Positions 1 to 13,298 of a stretch of DNA of 64,000 nt are shown here, piece after piece. The notes under the pieces were generated by a model. It was not told the DNA's origin, made no database searches, and worked only from the letters and a program-made list of their open reading frames with translations. This DNA is from Phoronis australis. Taxonomy: Eukaryota > Animalia > Phoronida. The translations under genes and the position numbers were made by a program. The stretch lies in NCBI GenBank assembly GCA_002633005.1, contig NMRA01000125.1, positions 777,566 through 841,565 on the forward strand, in the 5' to 3' direction. Each line of letters begins with the position of its first letter. The first letter of the stretch is position 1.

Positions 1-3000
1 CCAACATAGAATATTTCTGACAATGCGGCAAACAATCAACGTCAATAGATAACAATTCATGACAGACAATTCTATTAATGATTTAGTTCATGGCACTTGG
101 TCAACAAAGTTTATTAATGACTCGGTTGATGACAGATACTAGGTCAACAAAGTTCATCACAGGTAACGGTCTGGACTTCAAAGAAAGCGAACGACTGCCT
201 CTGTGGCGTAGCAAGGTGGNTGGTAAAGAGGTGCTCGCTACGCTGCTAGACTGATTACTGTCATTTCAGGTGTTCAGGGTACAGACACTTTCTGCTTGGG
301 TGAAAACCGGCACCAAGTTCTCTTCCGTGAACATTGCAAATATTATTTGACTCCACAACTGCTCCCGGTCATTCAGAAATTCAACAACTCAGGCTAGTAG
401 TTACGACTTATCCTCTGACACTGGCTTTGATTTATGAGGTACTTTACAGCATCTCAGAGGTTCTGAATTGTTTTAGGCATGATTGACTAAAGCCACAAAG
501 CTTTCGTCATCGCACTATTTTGTTGAAAATCTCTAAAGGACAGGAAGGACCTTCGGTCCACATTTTGTCATTAAGAGAATGATACCCTTGACCAGTCTTT
601 ACAAATAAAACTTCTTACAAGTTAAAAATTCAAAGGTATTTATTTACTCTAAAAAGTGTTTTAATTAAAATGTTAATTTAAGAAAAAGAGAGATACATGA
701 TTTATATATCCTCAAACCCACGGTTAACTGACTCACTGGGCAAAGGTCATCGGTTTCAGTTTTGATGCCGACCGCGTGATGCATCCAAAGACAACTTGTT
801 TTCATTTCAAAGACCTTAGACTTGATTTTTATAAATATTAAGTGCAGAATTCTTGTTCACATGCTTTGTTCTTATTGTCAGTAATCTCTAGTCATCATTT
901 CCGAAGTGGACAGTTTTGCAAGACAATTTTCACTATAATACATGCAAGGCTGGGGCAAGATCATTTTTGCTTAATCATCATGATTGACTCTTAATTTTCT
1001 ATACGTTCAAAAAGTTACATAAAGCTACTAGGTGCAATATGGCAGTAAGAGGGTCTTAACAACAGCCACACAAATTAGCTAGGAAAAGTGGTGGCTGGAT
1101 TGTCTGCCCTGTCTAGCAGAAAGCCGTCGACTTTGAATACATGTATATGCCAAATAATATGCACAGTATACATTGGTTATTCCAGCCACCACAGCACAAC
1201 TTCCATTATATTTAGTAAGTTACTTACTTTTGTCGCTGAACACATTCAATTTTCAGGACGGCTAATATGATGAATTGCGGTTTTATGCTCCAGCGACGAA
1301 ATTAGGGGTCATTGAGTGCGAAAAAGTGGCATTTAGATTTTTGTTAGGGTACATGTACCTATCCATGTACATAAAATGAATTTGTTTTGAATTTTGACGT
1401 ATAGACTGATTTTTGAAAATGTATTGCTTTTTATATAGACTAGCTCTTAACACGGCAATAGTTTATATACATGTATGCCATTTATTTATTATCGAATGAA
1501 TATTTTATGAAACAAAAAGATAAATAGGCAACTTGAAAAGTTGACACTTCTTTTGGTTGTCGGGATGAACCTGAAAATGTCATACATAGGCTTTATACTG
1601 ACCTATAAAGCGAAAGCGACATCATCGGCGTCAAAGAAAAATGTATACATGTAAAATAAGAAGAATAACACTCGTTTAACCAAGTGACCTACGTGTACCA
1701 CATGCGCATCTAGGGGGCCTCGGGGGTCTCGTCTATTGGCGAAGTGGGAAAAAGGTCCGCCTCACAGAAACAAAAACTCTGAAAAAGTAGAAAACGAGAC
1801 AAAAGTCCACTAAAAAGGCAGGAACTACCTAAATTCGGTGAATGCACAATTCATAGCTGTGAACGTACCCCGCTTTTTAGGTAAAAGGCCGGCTTTGGTA
1901 AATTCCACCGTCGGTTTACCCGGCCAGTTTGCATTAGGTAACAGAGAGCTGGCACGTCCAGCCTCCATTTCAGTCAATCGTAACGCCAGTGCCAACGAAT
2001 TGCTGAACGTAAACGTCGGCAATTGATGCCTTCTGATAAAATCATTGTCGGCACTAAAATCTCGCCTTGGCTTATTCATGAGGTTACATGTACGTCTCTC
2101 AAAGTAATAAAGTAATTGGAGTTTCACAGTGAGCACATTTTAATGCTTCATACTTTACCTAAATCTAATTTATCAACGGAAATTTAAAGTTTCAAAGGTC
2201 CTAAATGAGAATGATGTGCTTGCCGTTAAATGTTTTATGTACAGTAATTCAATGTCATAGTTTTCAGATGTAATATGCAAAGTACATACAGTACTAATCT
2301 TTGATAAATAGATTCAGAGTTGTGTAAATTTTCAAAACAAAAATTTCGCGTTTCTCTCCGTTGTTTTCGACATCGTGCAGTTTGCAACATTTTAAGGCAA
2401 GAAAGTTTCATATTTTCAATCGATAACATACATCCGGATACACATGTAAACAATGCATTAACTTGTATCATAAACTACTAATTAGAAAGCGTACCTCTTT
2501 GGCCCCCGACGTCCAAGAAAATAACAAATGGATACGATGTCCACAGTGTACATGTGGGATTTGAACAAGAAATTCTCTCGTTAGTGTGCTATATGTTTTA
2601 CGATGTTTTATTCTGCAGTAAATGGGCATTTTTCTTGTAAACACACCTTTAAGATATCAACCAGTAAGCTCATCTTCGTGAAACAGTGGACTACTGAACA
2701 ACTATCCACTTCCCGTATTACGGTTTTGACTACCAAATATTTTGAAAATATCTTACAGGTGTTTTTTATTCCGTTTTAATATTGAAGGTTTGAAATGATT
2801 AAATTAACTCTCACGATCTTGCCTGAAAGTTTCGTTTGTCACAATAGCACAGAATAGGACTCTCCGGGATTATACAGCGGTACATTAATTAAATCTCGCT
2901 GTATTTATCCACAATGCCGCAACACCCATCGTCGTGTATTAACCTCGATACATGTGTTTAGAAAAACACGTCCTGTTGTAGGACATCATTTTGGAGTACA

Positions 3001-5148
3001 TTTTGACGAATCTGGTTTGAGTTCATTCACTTTACGTGAAGGAAAAGAAAGCCAAAAGAGTGTCTTAAACGTGTCGCCAGCGGCAATAGTACAAATGCAT
3101 TGGTTTTGGGGCGAAATAACAGAAAACAAGTGGACCAGAATGACAGAAGGAAGAAAGTTATTTGATTTAACTGACCAAATTACAAAGATGATACACGTAG
3201 ATACTCTTTACTTGTATGATTATGAATGCGCACAGCTCAATAAAATTAGTTGTTTGAAATGTCTAGTCTGTGTACATGCATGACCAAGGCTATAAAATGG
3301 ATGAGCGTCAGGTCTTGTGATATACATACACCTGTACATAGATACACTTCACCTTGGTTGCAAACCAACGTTAAAACAATTTTGATTACACATAAATGCA
3401 GTACTCTTAGGTATACTATTAAAGCACTTGAGATAAAACATCGAAAAATGAGCATTTGGGGCACAAATCAAAATACTTCGGTAGAAATGCGATCACTATT
3501 CTCAATTTTTGGATCTGGCATGTCTCGATGGACATAGCCTAACACAATTGATTGTTTCACATTACTTATATTTTCACAATTGTTATTGTTGATTCTCAGT
3601 GACTTACATGTAATTCAAATCAGTGTGGGGAAAATCGTAAAAGACCAGAGGAGGGATATTGTTGGCGCCGAGGGGGGGGGACAAACCCTGGCAAAATTCA
3701 AAAGGAATAATTCTAAATAGAACATTGTGAGCGCACAAATGCATCCCTGGCTTGACCACTGTCTAATTCTGGTGAGCAAGGATGGACGACTTGTATGAGA
3801 TGAAAAGCAATTTCTTTAATGAACAGAAATATGCAAACATTGAATATTTTTATCCAAATCATTTGAATCTAATTTGAATTCAAATTTTTGTCCCTATCGC
3901 CACTGAGAGACGTGGAGTATTTTAACATGCGGCCACTATATCGAAAAACGGCTTTTCACCTGTGCTCCCAATAAGTTGTTCCTTTATACAGCCTAGCGGT
4001 GTATGCTGGTTGTGCTGTTTGATGAGCATAAACACATAAAGTCATATTCGTAGCCTCAAATTTCCCTTCAGAGGTGCACGCTATCTGCGCATGAGCGGAC
4101 TTTAGTCTAAAGGCAAGTCACGTGTCTTTCAAACTGGGAAACGATTGGTATGATGAGTGAACTCGTACATGAACAGTGTAAACGCTCAGATAATGCTCAC
4201 CTGTGAGGGGAAATAAGAGGCTACGAAAATTGCTGATGAGTTCATCACTTGTTTGACAATGACATATCAAACTGACCCAGGTATTGGTAATTCAATGTAG
4301 GTTCATGTTCAGCAATTTTGTAAAGTTTAATACAGCCCTGAGTCCAGTGAATTTTAACAGAATGTTCTAAAATTTTAGTGCCAGAATATGCTTTATATTA
4401 CGGAATCTCCAAGTGTGTTATGAAGTCCGTAGAAGTGTGAAAAAGTGGCACGGCTGATTTTCATGGTAGAGAACAAAAAAGTGTCTAGTTTTGTCACCAA
4501 GTGATCTTATCGTCGCAGATGTTGAGAAGTCTTCAAACAAACTGATGTGCCAAAGTGAATGGAAATCAAAAGGACTAGTTTATGTTGTCTGTAGTGTTAA
4601 TGATGTTCCATTTCGTCTTAAGAAGCAGTAATTGAATCAGAAGTGATCATTAAATGGAGTACGCTTAGATTATAAGAGCGTTAACTGTGTAAATACCATT
4701 CCTCGATCCCTCTGAAAATGTACTTAACTGCATTTCCCTAGCTTCCGTGCCTTGCGAAAGGAACTTTAAGGTTCCTGCACGAAAAAAACGCCATTATTTC
4801 CCATTAAAACATTTTCTGGTATCCATACACGTATGTCAACCTTAATATTTTGAGACACTCTATTCATTTACGCTGCACTTTGTAATATAGGTCTACAAAA
4901 TGTAATTTACTCGGTGCACCCATTAATCGCGGTGATATGCGTTTTTCTATTGCAGGGTGGTTTGATTGATGACGTTTGCGGGTACAAACTGTCGGACTCC
5001 TCTCATAAAGTCGAGTTTCAATTTGCATAAATTGAAAAGAAGATGATGATGAGGGCTTGGAGGCAGTGATATTTGTCGTCTGTCATTTACTCTATGAAGG
5101 AATAATAGAAGGAGAATTGGCCGCGTTGACAATCTAGCACAGTTCATC

Positions 5149-6306
5149 ATGTCCGTCGGAAACGGTTCATCTACTGACGTCCCGGAAGTTATGGACCAAA
5201 CCTGGCTACGGGCTGTTTTCATCGTGCTATATTGCATCATTTTTATATTAGGAGTTGGTGGTAACATTCTGGTTATAATTGTTGTTCTGCGAAACAAAGT
5301 CATGCAGACTATTACTAACTTATTCATAACAAATTTGGCAGCCAGCGATATACTGATTTGCATATTTGCCGTTCCTTTCACACCGCTCGGCGCTTTGATG
5401 GAATCTTGGATATTCGGGGAAGCTCTTTGCCACTTGGTTCCTATGATAATGGCGGTGAATGTGTTCGTGTCAACACTGACCTCTATTGCGATAGCCGGCG
5501 ACAGGTACCTCATAATTGTCCACCCATTTAAACCTCGCATAAAGGTACGGCACTGCCTGTTTATAATATTAGTGATATGGTTCATTGCCATTTGTACGTC
5601 ACTGCCAATGTCTGTGTTCATGGAACACTTCCATGACAACGTCACTGACACTTATCAATGCCGTGAACAGTGGCCCGGTGACGGCGAGTCAGGCAAATAT
5701 TACGGCGCCATGCTAATGTTACTACAGTACGTCTTACCGTGTATTATCATCATGTTTTGTTACATCGCTGTCGGCCTTGTGTTACGGAAACGAGCAACAA
5801 TGAAAATAGGTTCAAAGAGTCAACAGAGGGAGCAAGTGGAAATACGGCGCAAGCGCAAAACAAACCGGATGTTAATATTGATGATAGCCATTTTTGTTTG
5901 CTGTTGGATGCCTCTAAACACGTTTCACTTAGTCACGTCGTTCATTCCTACGAAGAGTTTAGAAAAGTTCCATTTATACTTACTGTGCTTCTTCACCGTT
6001 CACGTGATTGCCATGTCTTCAACTATTTACAATCCCTTTCTGTACGCTTTCATGAACGACAATTTCCGAAAAGAATTCCATTTATTCATACCGTGCTGCT
6101 TTCGTATGTGTAAAAAGCGTGACGTCAACGGCTCCTTGCCCATGCCTTATACACAGGCTTCTGAGTTACGCCGTGCGTCGACACCCAATGCCGATCAGGG
6201 GTCAGATTCGCCTTTGAATGGAAAAAGCAATGTCTTCACCCAGAATGTCGCATTTGAATCCGATAGCTGTAAGGTTCACCTTTTTGCTGAACAGGGAGCG
6301 TCTTAA
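5149..6306 (+). CDS. Rhodopsin-class neuropeptide GPCR, short neuropeptide F / prolactin-releasing peptide receptor-like (385 aa, intronless CDS)
   Basis: Seven hydrophobic segments with class A motifs: GN in TM1, NLAASD in TM2, DRY, CWMP in TM6 and NPFLY in TM7. The segments RNKVMQTITNLFITNLA, VPFTPL and HVIAMSSTIYNPFLYAFMNDNFRKEF resemble sNPF/PrRP-type receptors. N-terminal N-glycosylation site NGS; CC palmitoylation-like site after helix 8. A probable 5' UTR splice acceptor (gtttttctattgcag) ends at 4955. Confidence 0.93.
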   Translation: MSVGNGSSTDVPEVMDQTWLRAVFIVLYCIIFILGVGGNILVIIVVLRNKVMQTITNLFITNLAASDILICIFAVPFTPLGALMESWIFGEALCHLVPMIMAVNVFVSTLTSIAIAGDRYLIIVHPFKPRIKVRHCLFIILVIWFIAICTSLPMSVFMEHFHDNVTDTYQCREQWPGDGESGKYYGAMLMLLQYVLPCIIIMFCYIAVGLVLRKRATMKIGSKSQQREQVEIRRKRKTNRMLILMIAIFVCCWMPLNTFHLVTSFIPTKSLEKFHLYLLCFFTVHVIAMSSTIYNPFLYAFMNDNFRKEFHLFIPCCFRMCKKRDVNGSLPMPYTQASELRRASTPNADQGSDSPLNGKSNVFTQNVAFESDSCKVHLFAEQGAS

Positions 6307-8915
6307 ACATTGTAGTGTATCAGTATTTTGTATAAGTGACAAATCCCAATCTTTATATTGGCTGCTAAGAATCAATACCGAATAGGTGCACTAGTGGCTG
6401 AAAACAGAGGAATAGTGAGGTCACGTGTTACTTTAGTCCCGCTACCAGAGGTTTCAAAGACAATACATGGCAAGGATTGACACGAAATGTAAGTGGTGCT
6501 ATCAGACAGCCACAGAGTGTAACACTTTCAACGAATCAATTGCTTCTAATATACAATCAGAAACGACGTTGAACGCCGCCGCAGGTCATGAAAAGAAATT
6601 GCCAAAACTTCAAAGCGAAGTAAGCTCGAAACCTTACAATTTTTGCCATGTGGACAAAAGATGTTTACGTTTTCCGGCGAGGCCAAGTCATGGGTTGCAT
6701 GCATGAACGCCAACAAGACACGGCGACGACGTCTGTAACTAAATAACGCTTTATCTCTCGTAGGCGATACATGTACCGACCGTGCAATAACGGCGGTTAG
6801 TGTCCTTTTAAATGCAGAATGTGGCAGCCTGCAACAGTACAGTCGACGAGTATTTTGTCGGATAAGCGGGGCCGACCCTGACGTCATGGTGGACGAGTCC
6901 GAATGGCTGATGTGTGAACTGTCAACCAGACTTCCAAGCTCCCTTTCGTTGCCGCCTGTTCGACCAAAAGCTGTGCGCTGTACGGTTCGTGTTTTGATAC
7001 CCGCCTTGTTCATTTAGGCAATACTCGAGACAGATAAATGCTAACTAACGTGTGATGTGTATGTAGCGTACAGGGAGTGCGGCGTTAAAGGGACATGTCC
7101 TTCTTATTCTTCTAAAACGTAAAATGTCACTCGATACAAATTACGTCTCATACTTTTCCATGCGGCGGTGAGCGCAAATAAGTTTCTTCCCCAATCAAAT
7201 CCGCTCGTGTCATCGGCACCAGTCATACGATTGGGAGAATTGGTCCACTCTCGGATTATTTTGGTGAGAATTTCGAAAATCCCAAGGGAAACGTTGGGAC
7301 CAGTCTGCCAGTGATCATACATGTATATCACCAGTTTATTACCTTGTGTTCACGATGGTGTTCGTCTAGTGTTCTGTACCAAGATGGCGGCTGTATTTGT
7401 GATGATCAATGAATAATTTTTTGGTTTTCTATCGAGTCTCCGGTGAACTAATTCTCAAAAACGCACTTCATTCTTTATTGTCAAGGAATCTCTTGGTTGG
7501 TGTCAGGACTCGACTTAGTTCCAGTTTAACCCTATAATTGCAACTGGTAGTCTTGTTACGCATGGTATAAATACGTTTAACTTTTCACGTGTTGTCCAAT
7601 ACCTCCCCGTTTAAAAACTAAAAAATATGTTCAAAGTATTTCTGAATCGCAAGATTTGTGAAAATGCAAACAGTCGGTGGACTAGCCATCAGTGTGAAGG
7701 TCAAACCTGCTAAAAAGGATGTACAGTCTTTGTCCGGGTCTTCAGGACTAGCGAGTGGAAAATAGAGCTGAGAGGCCTCAAACCAGTAACCCAGGGTTGG
7801 TGACAAGAACCGACAACCATTGTGCAGTATGTATCACGAACATCTATCCTGACCTCGGAGGGCGACTCAAAAGTCACCACTTGAATTTTAATTGCGTCAC
7901 CCACCTGTTTTTCTGTTACTGGTCCGACTTTCAGAATAGTTTGGCAATGCTATTTTTTTCTTCTCAGAAGGTGACCTTTGTTTCAGTTTCTGTGTCAGTA
8001 TTTGGACCCGGACACATTTGATACAGGAGGACTTTTGAGCCTTTGAGGCACTGACGATTGATCACACCAATTTGTGTCCTCCTGGCTGACGAGAAAGCAT
8101 TAAAAGTTACCGTGCTTTTGTTACATTAGGCTGTGACTGATAGAAACTACTAGTACTTGGGAATGGCATTTCTGAAAAATTCTCAAAAACAGATAGATAT
8201 GTTTTTTGAATTTTATATTTTTGAGTTTTCAGTTTCAGACAAGTTCTCTATTTTACTGCCTGAGAATTTTAAACATATTACAAAAAACGCGTGAGTTAGA
8301 AAGCGCAAATAATATTCTTCAATTTCATAGGGAGCTTGGTGACAATTCCGCCTAATAATAGCAGGCTGAGGAGAACTTGTCGATTATTCCGTATTTCTCG
8401 CAAGTTCATGCCCCCAACAAGCTGCAACCTGTCTTGGCCACCTACCCTTGCCATTACGAACATCTACCTTTCCATGGCCTGAAGTCCACTACCGTACATG
8501 TATGCATTTCTAACTACACTGTATAGTCACGTGACATTCAACGTGACGTGAATTTCAACCCATGGCTTGCTAAAGTTTTATCTTCTCTCGATCTTTCTCA
8601 TGCGCTGAAACTCAAAAAGAATTTTGGTTGCTGTGTGGTTATATATGAATAAGTGGGCTACAGCAGCCTATCCAGACTACCGAAATACCCAAAGACCGTT
8701 CTTCATCTTGAAAATCACAGGCCACATCAATGACAGGTGAGGACAGTATGCGAAGTTAAGAAACACACACGGTGTGCATGCAAGGGTGTGAAAATATCAT
8801 GTTGCGAATGCTCGAAGGATTTCCTTAATTGCGGATGTCCGAACCCCTGTCATTCTGCCACTCGAGTGACTTTTAATCTGGAGAATGGTTAATAATTTTC
8901 GCGCTCCAGCGATCG

Positions 8916-9151
8916 CAAGGCACTTATTTAGAACAAGAGCACTGTGCATTATTCTCAGATTTCTCGAGATCGGGCGTGCGTTCAGTAACGCTTGAACCTA
9001 GCTAAAGTCTAGCCAAAGTCACGTGTTTTCATTTAGAATACACGGCGATATCTACAATAATCTCGCGAAGTCTTGCTTTTTAGCTAGGTCCTAGCGTTAC
9101 TGAACGGGAGGCGGGATAGGAGGTGATAATGCATCAGCCAAATAAGTCTTG
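8916..9151. mobile_element. Palindromic MITE-like element (about 235 bp)
   Basis: Nested imperfect inverted repeats: caaggcacttattt/aaataagtcttg, tgcattat/ataatgca, and cgttcagtaacgcttgaacctagctaaa/tttagctaggtcctagcgttactgaacg. No clear TSD. Confidence 0.6.
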
Positions 9152-12100
9152 GTATTCTTAATTTTGAAAGTCACAGGTCATGCTGTGTTAAGAAACAGCG
9201 CCTACTGAAGAGAAATTTGAGCCTTGAAACTGCACGTGTTTCGGATTTTCCCCTTGTCGATATTTATACGTTTTTCTTCGCAAAATTTTGTAGCTTGGAA
9301 CGGAATTTGTAAAATCTGTTATGTCGACAAGTAAATATGATATGAATTATTTGGTACAAGCACCCTCATATTACAATATGTACTGTACATATGGATTTGG
9401 TGGCCCGTATAGATTTAGTTGGATGCATAAATAGTCAGTTGCATGCTTTTAAAACCTGCCAGTATATAATTACGTGCAAGTTCATTTTAGAGTGTAAGGT
9501 TACATTTCCGAACACAAATATTTAACAAGCGCCTTACCTAGTTTCTGGCAACAAAATATTCTTCGTCGCAACGACACCTGTACTGTACACTGCACATGCA
9601 CATATCCTCTTGGAACTGGAAAAGGGTTCACAGTAAGCAAAAGATTTGGACTGATGCAGCTGCAATTGTAAAATAAAGATTAAAATCCATCTATTAGGAA
9701 ATAGTGGTTGATAAAGATTTGCTCGACAGGACATTTTCAGATAAGGTGGACAATGACTCATTGGAATCGCTTTCTCGTAATTTGAGCTTAAACAGACGCC
9801 ATTGTGTATCACCACGAGATTAGGCACTGCGCCATGACTGAATTTCGCTCCCTCTGTTTAACTAGCTGAAAGGGAAACGAGTTTGGCCTTTTACTCTTAT
9901 GAAATCTGTTGAAACGAGGGACTTTTTCGAATTACCAAACAAAAGTTAAAACTCTAACAGACCAAGAGACGCGTCTCAAAACCGTCGATTTCATTGAGGT
10001 CGGCCAACCCTAAAACTCGAAAGTGGCGCCCAGGATTTCATTTTCAAACTATGCCAGTTTTTTATATGCAATAATCAACATTTCCAATGAGTGCATCGCA
10101 AAGCAGTTGCTGAGATTCGTTTCGGTTGAAATGATACCAGACCCTGTTATGATGATTTGAACCAACCCTCGTTATGTCACCTGCTAATGCATCATTGAAA
10201 AATAAAAACAGGAATCAACTAAACACTCCTACACCCAATTTCGCAAATTGCACATTGTGACCCTTGGTGGGTGATCTTTTGCCACAGTTGTCGTGTATTC
10301 CGCTAAAAGCGTGGATCACGCTTGCCTGTTTAGCAGACTTTGAAGGAGTTTTCAAATTTCCCTTCAAACGTTTTAGGGTTGTTAAGGGTTACAGAGCATT
10401 ATTTCGTTTCAGAGAATTGATGGGAAAATTGTTTTTAGTATTTGTTTAAAAACTTCAAATATGTTTAAAATGACTGCTAAATAGAGGGACATGCATCGTT
10501 ATGAGTAGCATGACCTTTTTGAATTGCTATTGATCAATTCGGCATATTTTACTCACTTTGAAAGATATTTTGAACCTTTAAAACAATTTTCAAACCGGAA
10601 GTGTTGCGTTATGAATGAATTTCAGAATGGGAAAGCCCGTGTGTCTGCTCATCGGCTGTTGTATTAGTTTTCCTACTTGTTTATGGTATCATTGCTCAAG
10701 TCAAATGGCGAATTGTTATGTACAAGTACCGGGAATGAAAATCCGCATTTGCCTCGGCTACTGAGCAGCTATTACAACGGAAAAGCAAGAAAGCATGGCT
10801 AACTCATATTGGCTGGCTGGATCTTCCTCCTTGCGCCACATTTGTTGTACAAAATGTCGAGCAATGAACATTTCAAGAAGACAGAATGTAACGAGTGTTT
10901 AAAATGACTGTCATGAGATCATAAGTGCGATGTTGTCGGATTGTTCGTGTTGACAGGAGAGATCAATCTTTATTTGTGTTTATTGTGTCATATGAATGTT
11001 GAAATATAATTATCGGCAAGTGAATTGAAATGGTTGTATTATTTTGATGTTCTTGTATGTGCCCTAATAGTTTGGTAAAACAATCCTCCTGTCTCAATTG
11101 GACCGTATGGGCGTTCTCATGAACAGTGTTCTTTTTTGGTTATTGATCCTTTTCTCAAGAGCAGTACTTTTTTCTCAGGCGTCGCACTTTTGTTTTACGA
11201 ACATAATTCTCGCCGCATTACATGTTTGAAGACTCTATAAATTGGATATGTTGTATCAAACATGTGGTATGTATTGTACAGCAAGTGCATCTCATGACGT
11301 TTGTCATTCGCGAAACGAAAAATGGTTAGTGAAAAAAGAAGTGGGTTCGTATCTGGAAAACGGCCAACAAGACAACAGAACAGCTCGCAAGAAATGAATT
11401 GAGTAAAGGTTGTCGATGCGTTACATTTCTTGCAATTAATATGTTTTGCAGCTCATGGTAGTCTCTTCCCATAACCGTTGTTACGGTACCATTTAAAGAA
11501 TCTTGAACAAGCTATAGAAATTCGTAAAAAATGTTACGCCAACAGCAATTAAGTGTTTATTCGGAACCACAAGCGTAAACGTTTCATTGTGACCTCATCC
11601 CGCTGGGTGTCGCTTGATCAAATGATGGTGTACAGGTCATGATATGGAGCAAAACAAACAAAACAGTAATCGTTTACGGAGCTTCTCAGGTTCACCAATA
11701 ACCTGAATTTTTCGGAGGTATGAAGTTTGTTCCGTAACAAGTAAAATTAGGAAGAAAACGTAAAATAGGCAGACAACGAGTAGAATGAAGGCGTTTATGG
11801 TCTTTGTGAGAAAATTGGCCTTATAACGAGTATATGTACGCCGGTGCGGGTCGTGAGGGAGGAAAGAGATCTCCCCAGGCTGTACATTGTGGTTACTGCG
11901 GCCACACTGACAATATTACAAAAACACGGCTGTCAAGTTTTCCACGTACCCCACGTTCTCATTTAACAAGCCTGTCTGTAGGATGAGTATTTTTAGTCTC
12001 ACTGGAGAAGGTAGGTAATCCTTAGGACACGAGTTTCTCTAAATTTTGCAAATCAAAACGTTACCTGTGGTAGTTGCAAGGCTTAACCGAACCAAATTAC

Positions 12101-12273
12101 TGTAGTGGGTACTAATGAGCACCGGAAATGTCGGTCGCCGAATGACGTCGGCAGTATATGCGGAAACGTCAACGTGTTCCAGACAAAAGTCGTGTTCCTC
12201 ACGGCGTTTTAGGAACTCTAACTCTGCCCTCAAGAGAAAAGACGTCAAAAATTAACCTTCCGCCGGTACTGAC

Positions 12274-12870
12274 AATAGAGAATCGTACACTCGTCTCGGG
12301 TTTATGACATGGGAAAAACCTACTGGAATTTTCGTCGAAATCCCGACGTTTTGCCCATTTAATAAAAATTAGACGAGTGTAGGATTTGTTTTCTCACATG
12401 AACCGTGAAAACGATCTTTTTACCAAAGAAAAAACTCTATGTGTCTAATACTTTCAACCACATGACACAACTTTTGTAAAAACGCGCTTTTGTTATGTAA
12501 AATAATTTAGTATTTTTTTGTTACCATTTTTATTTTAAGCTTAACAATTTGAACATAATGAATAGTCTTTGAACACTTAATATTACTAAACTTAAAAAAT
12601 GTTTATAAATAACAGTCAACAAGGCTTCTCGGCGCTTGAGCACTGAACAGACCTTGAGACCGCTAGCCCGTCTCGCCGCGTATTTTCTTGAGCTGGGGTT
12701 CCAATAAGGTGTTGCATTACTCACCATTAGTGTTTTGCAGACGATAAAATATCAGGTGTATGGATTTCTACTTTGCACTATTTTGCGAGTCACCCATGTA
12801 ATATCAAAAAATTATGTACACGGTGTTATTAACCAATCATGTCATAACACATTTCAGTCAGTGAGAATTA
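12274..12870 (+). mobile_element. Non-autonomous interspersed repeat with a terminal hairpin (Crypton-like), copy 1
   Basis: Reverse-complement homolog of 20316-21047 over about 600 bp. Starts AATAGAGAATCGTACACTCGTC, with an inverted partner GACGAGTGTAGGATT about 100 bp inside. The superfamily assignment is inference. Confidence 0.7.
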
Positions 12871-13298
12871 GTTTTACTTGCATCCCATTTAGAAAAAGCC
12901 AGTATTCGAGGCTTTCTTTTGGCGGCAGCGGAATCAAGCGCTTTTTGGAAGTGCCATTGCCGATGCGATGGTTTGACCTAAGTTTGATAAGTTAGAAAAT
13001 AGAATGTGGTTGAGATGTTTATTGTTTATTATTTTGAAAATAACTTTGAGGGAGTTCGACATAAAACTAACCAATCAAAATAACTGAAAAAAACGTGATT
13101 ATAAGTGTTCAAAAGTGTAGCTTGCGTGAAAAAGCAAACAGTTCCCTCCCAGTTTCCAAGCATCCTATCGGCAGACCAGGGGTGCGTTCAATGCACCAAT
13201 TCTTCAGCGAGAAAATCGAGATCGCGCAAAATCACGAACGCGAAAGGTAAGTGTTTGGCAAGTAGCAGTAGTCGTAGTAGTAGTAGTGGTGATAGTAG

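Noticed and set aside
4947-5651. 234-aa minus-strand ORF
   Set aside because: Antisense shadow of the GPCR coding sequence, with no independent motifs.
7085-7614. Possible TTAA-flanked Kolobok-type MITE starting TTAAAGGGACATG
   Set aside because: The right-end match is too degenerate to support.
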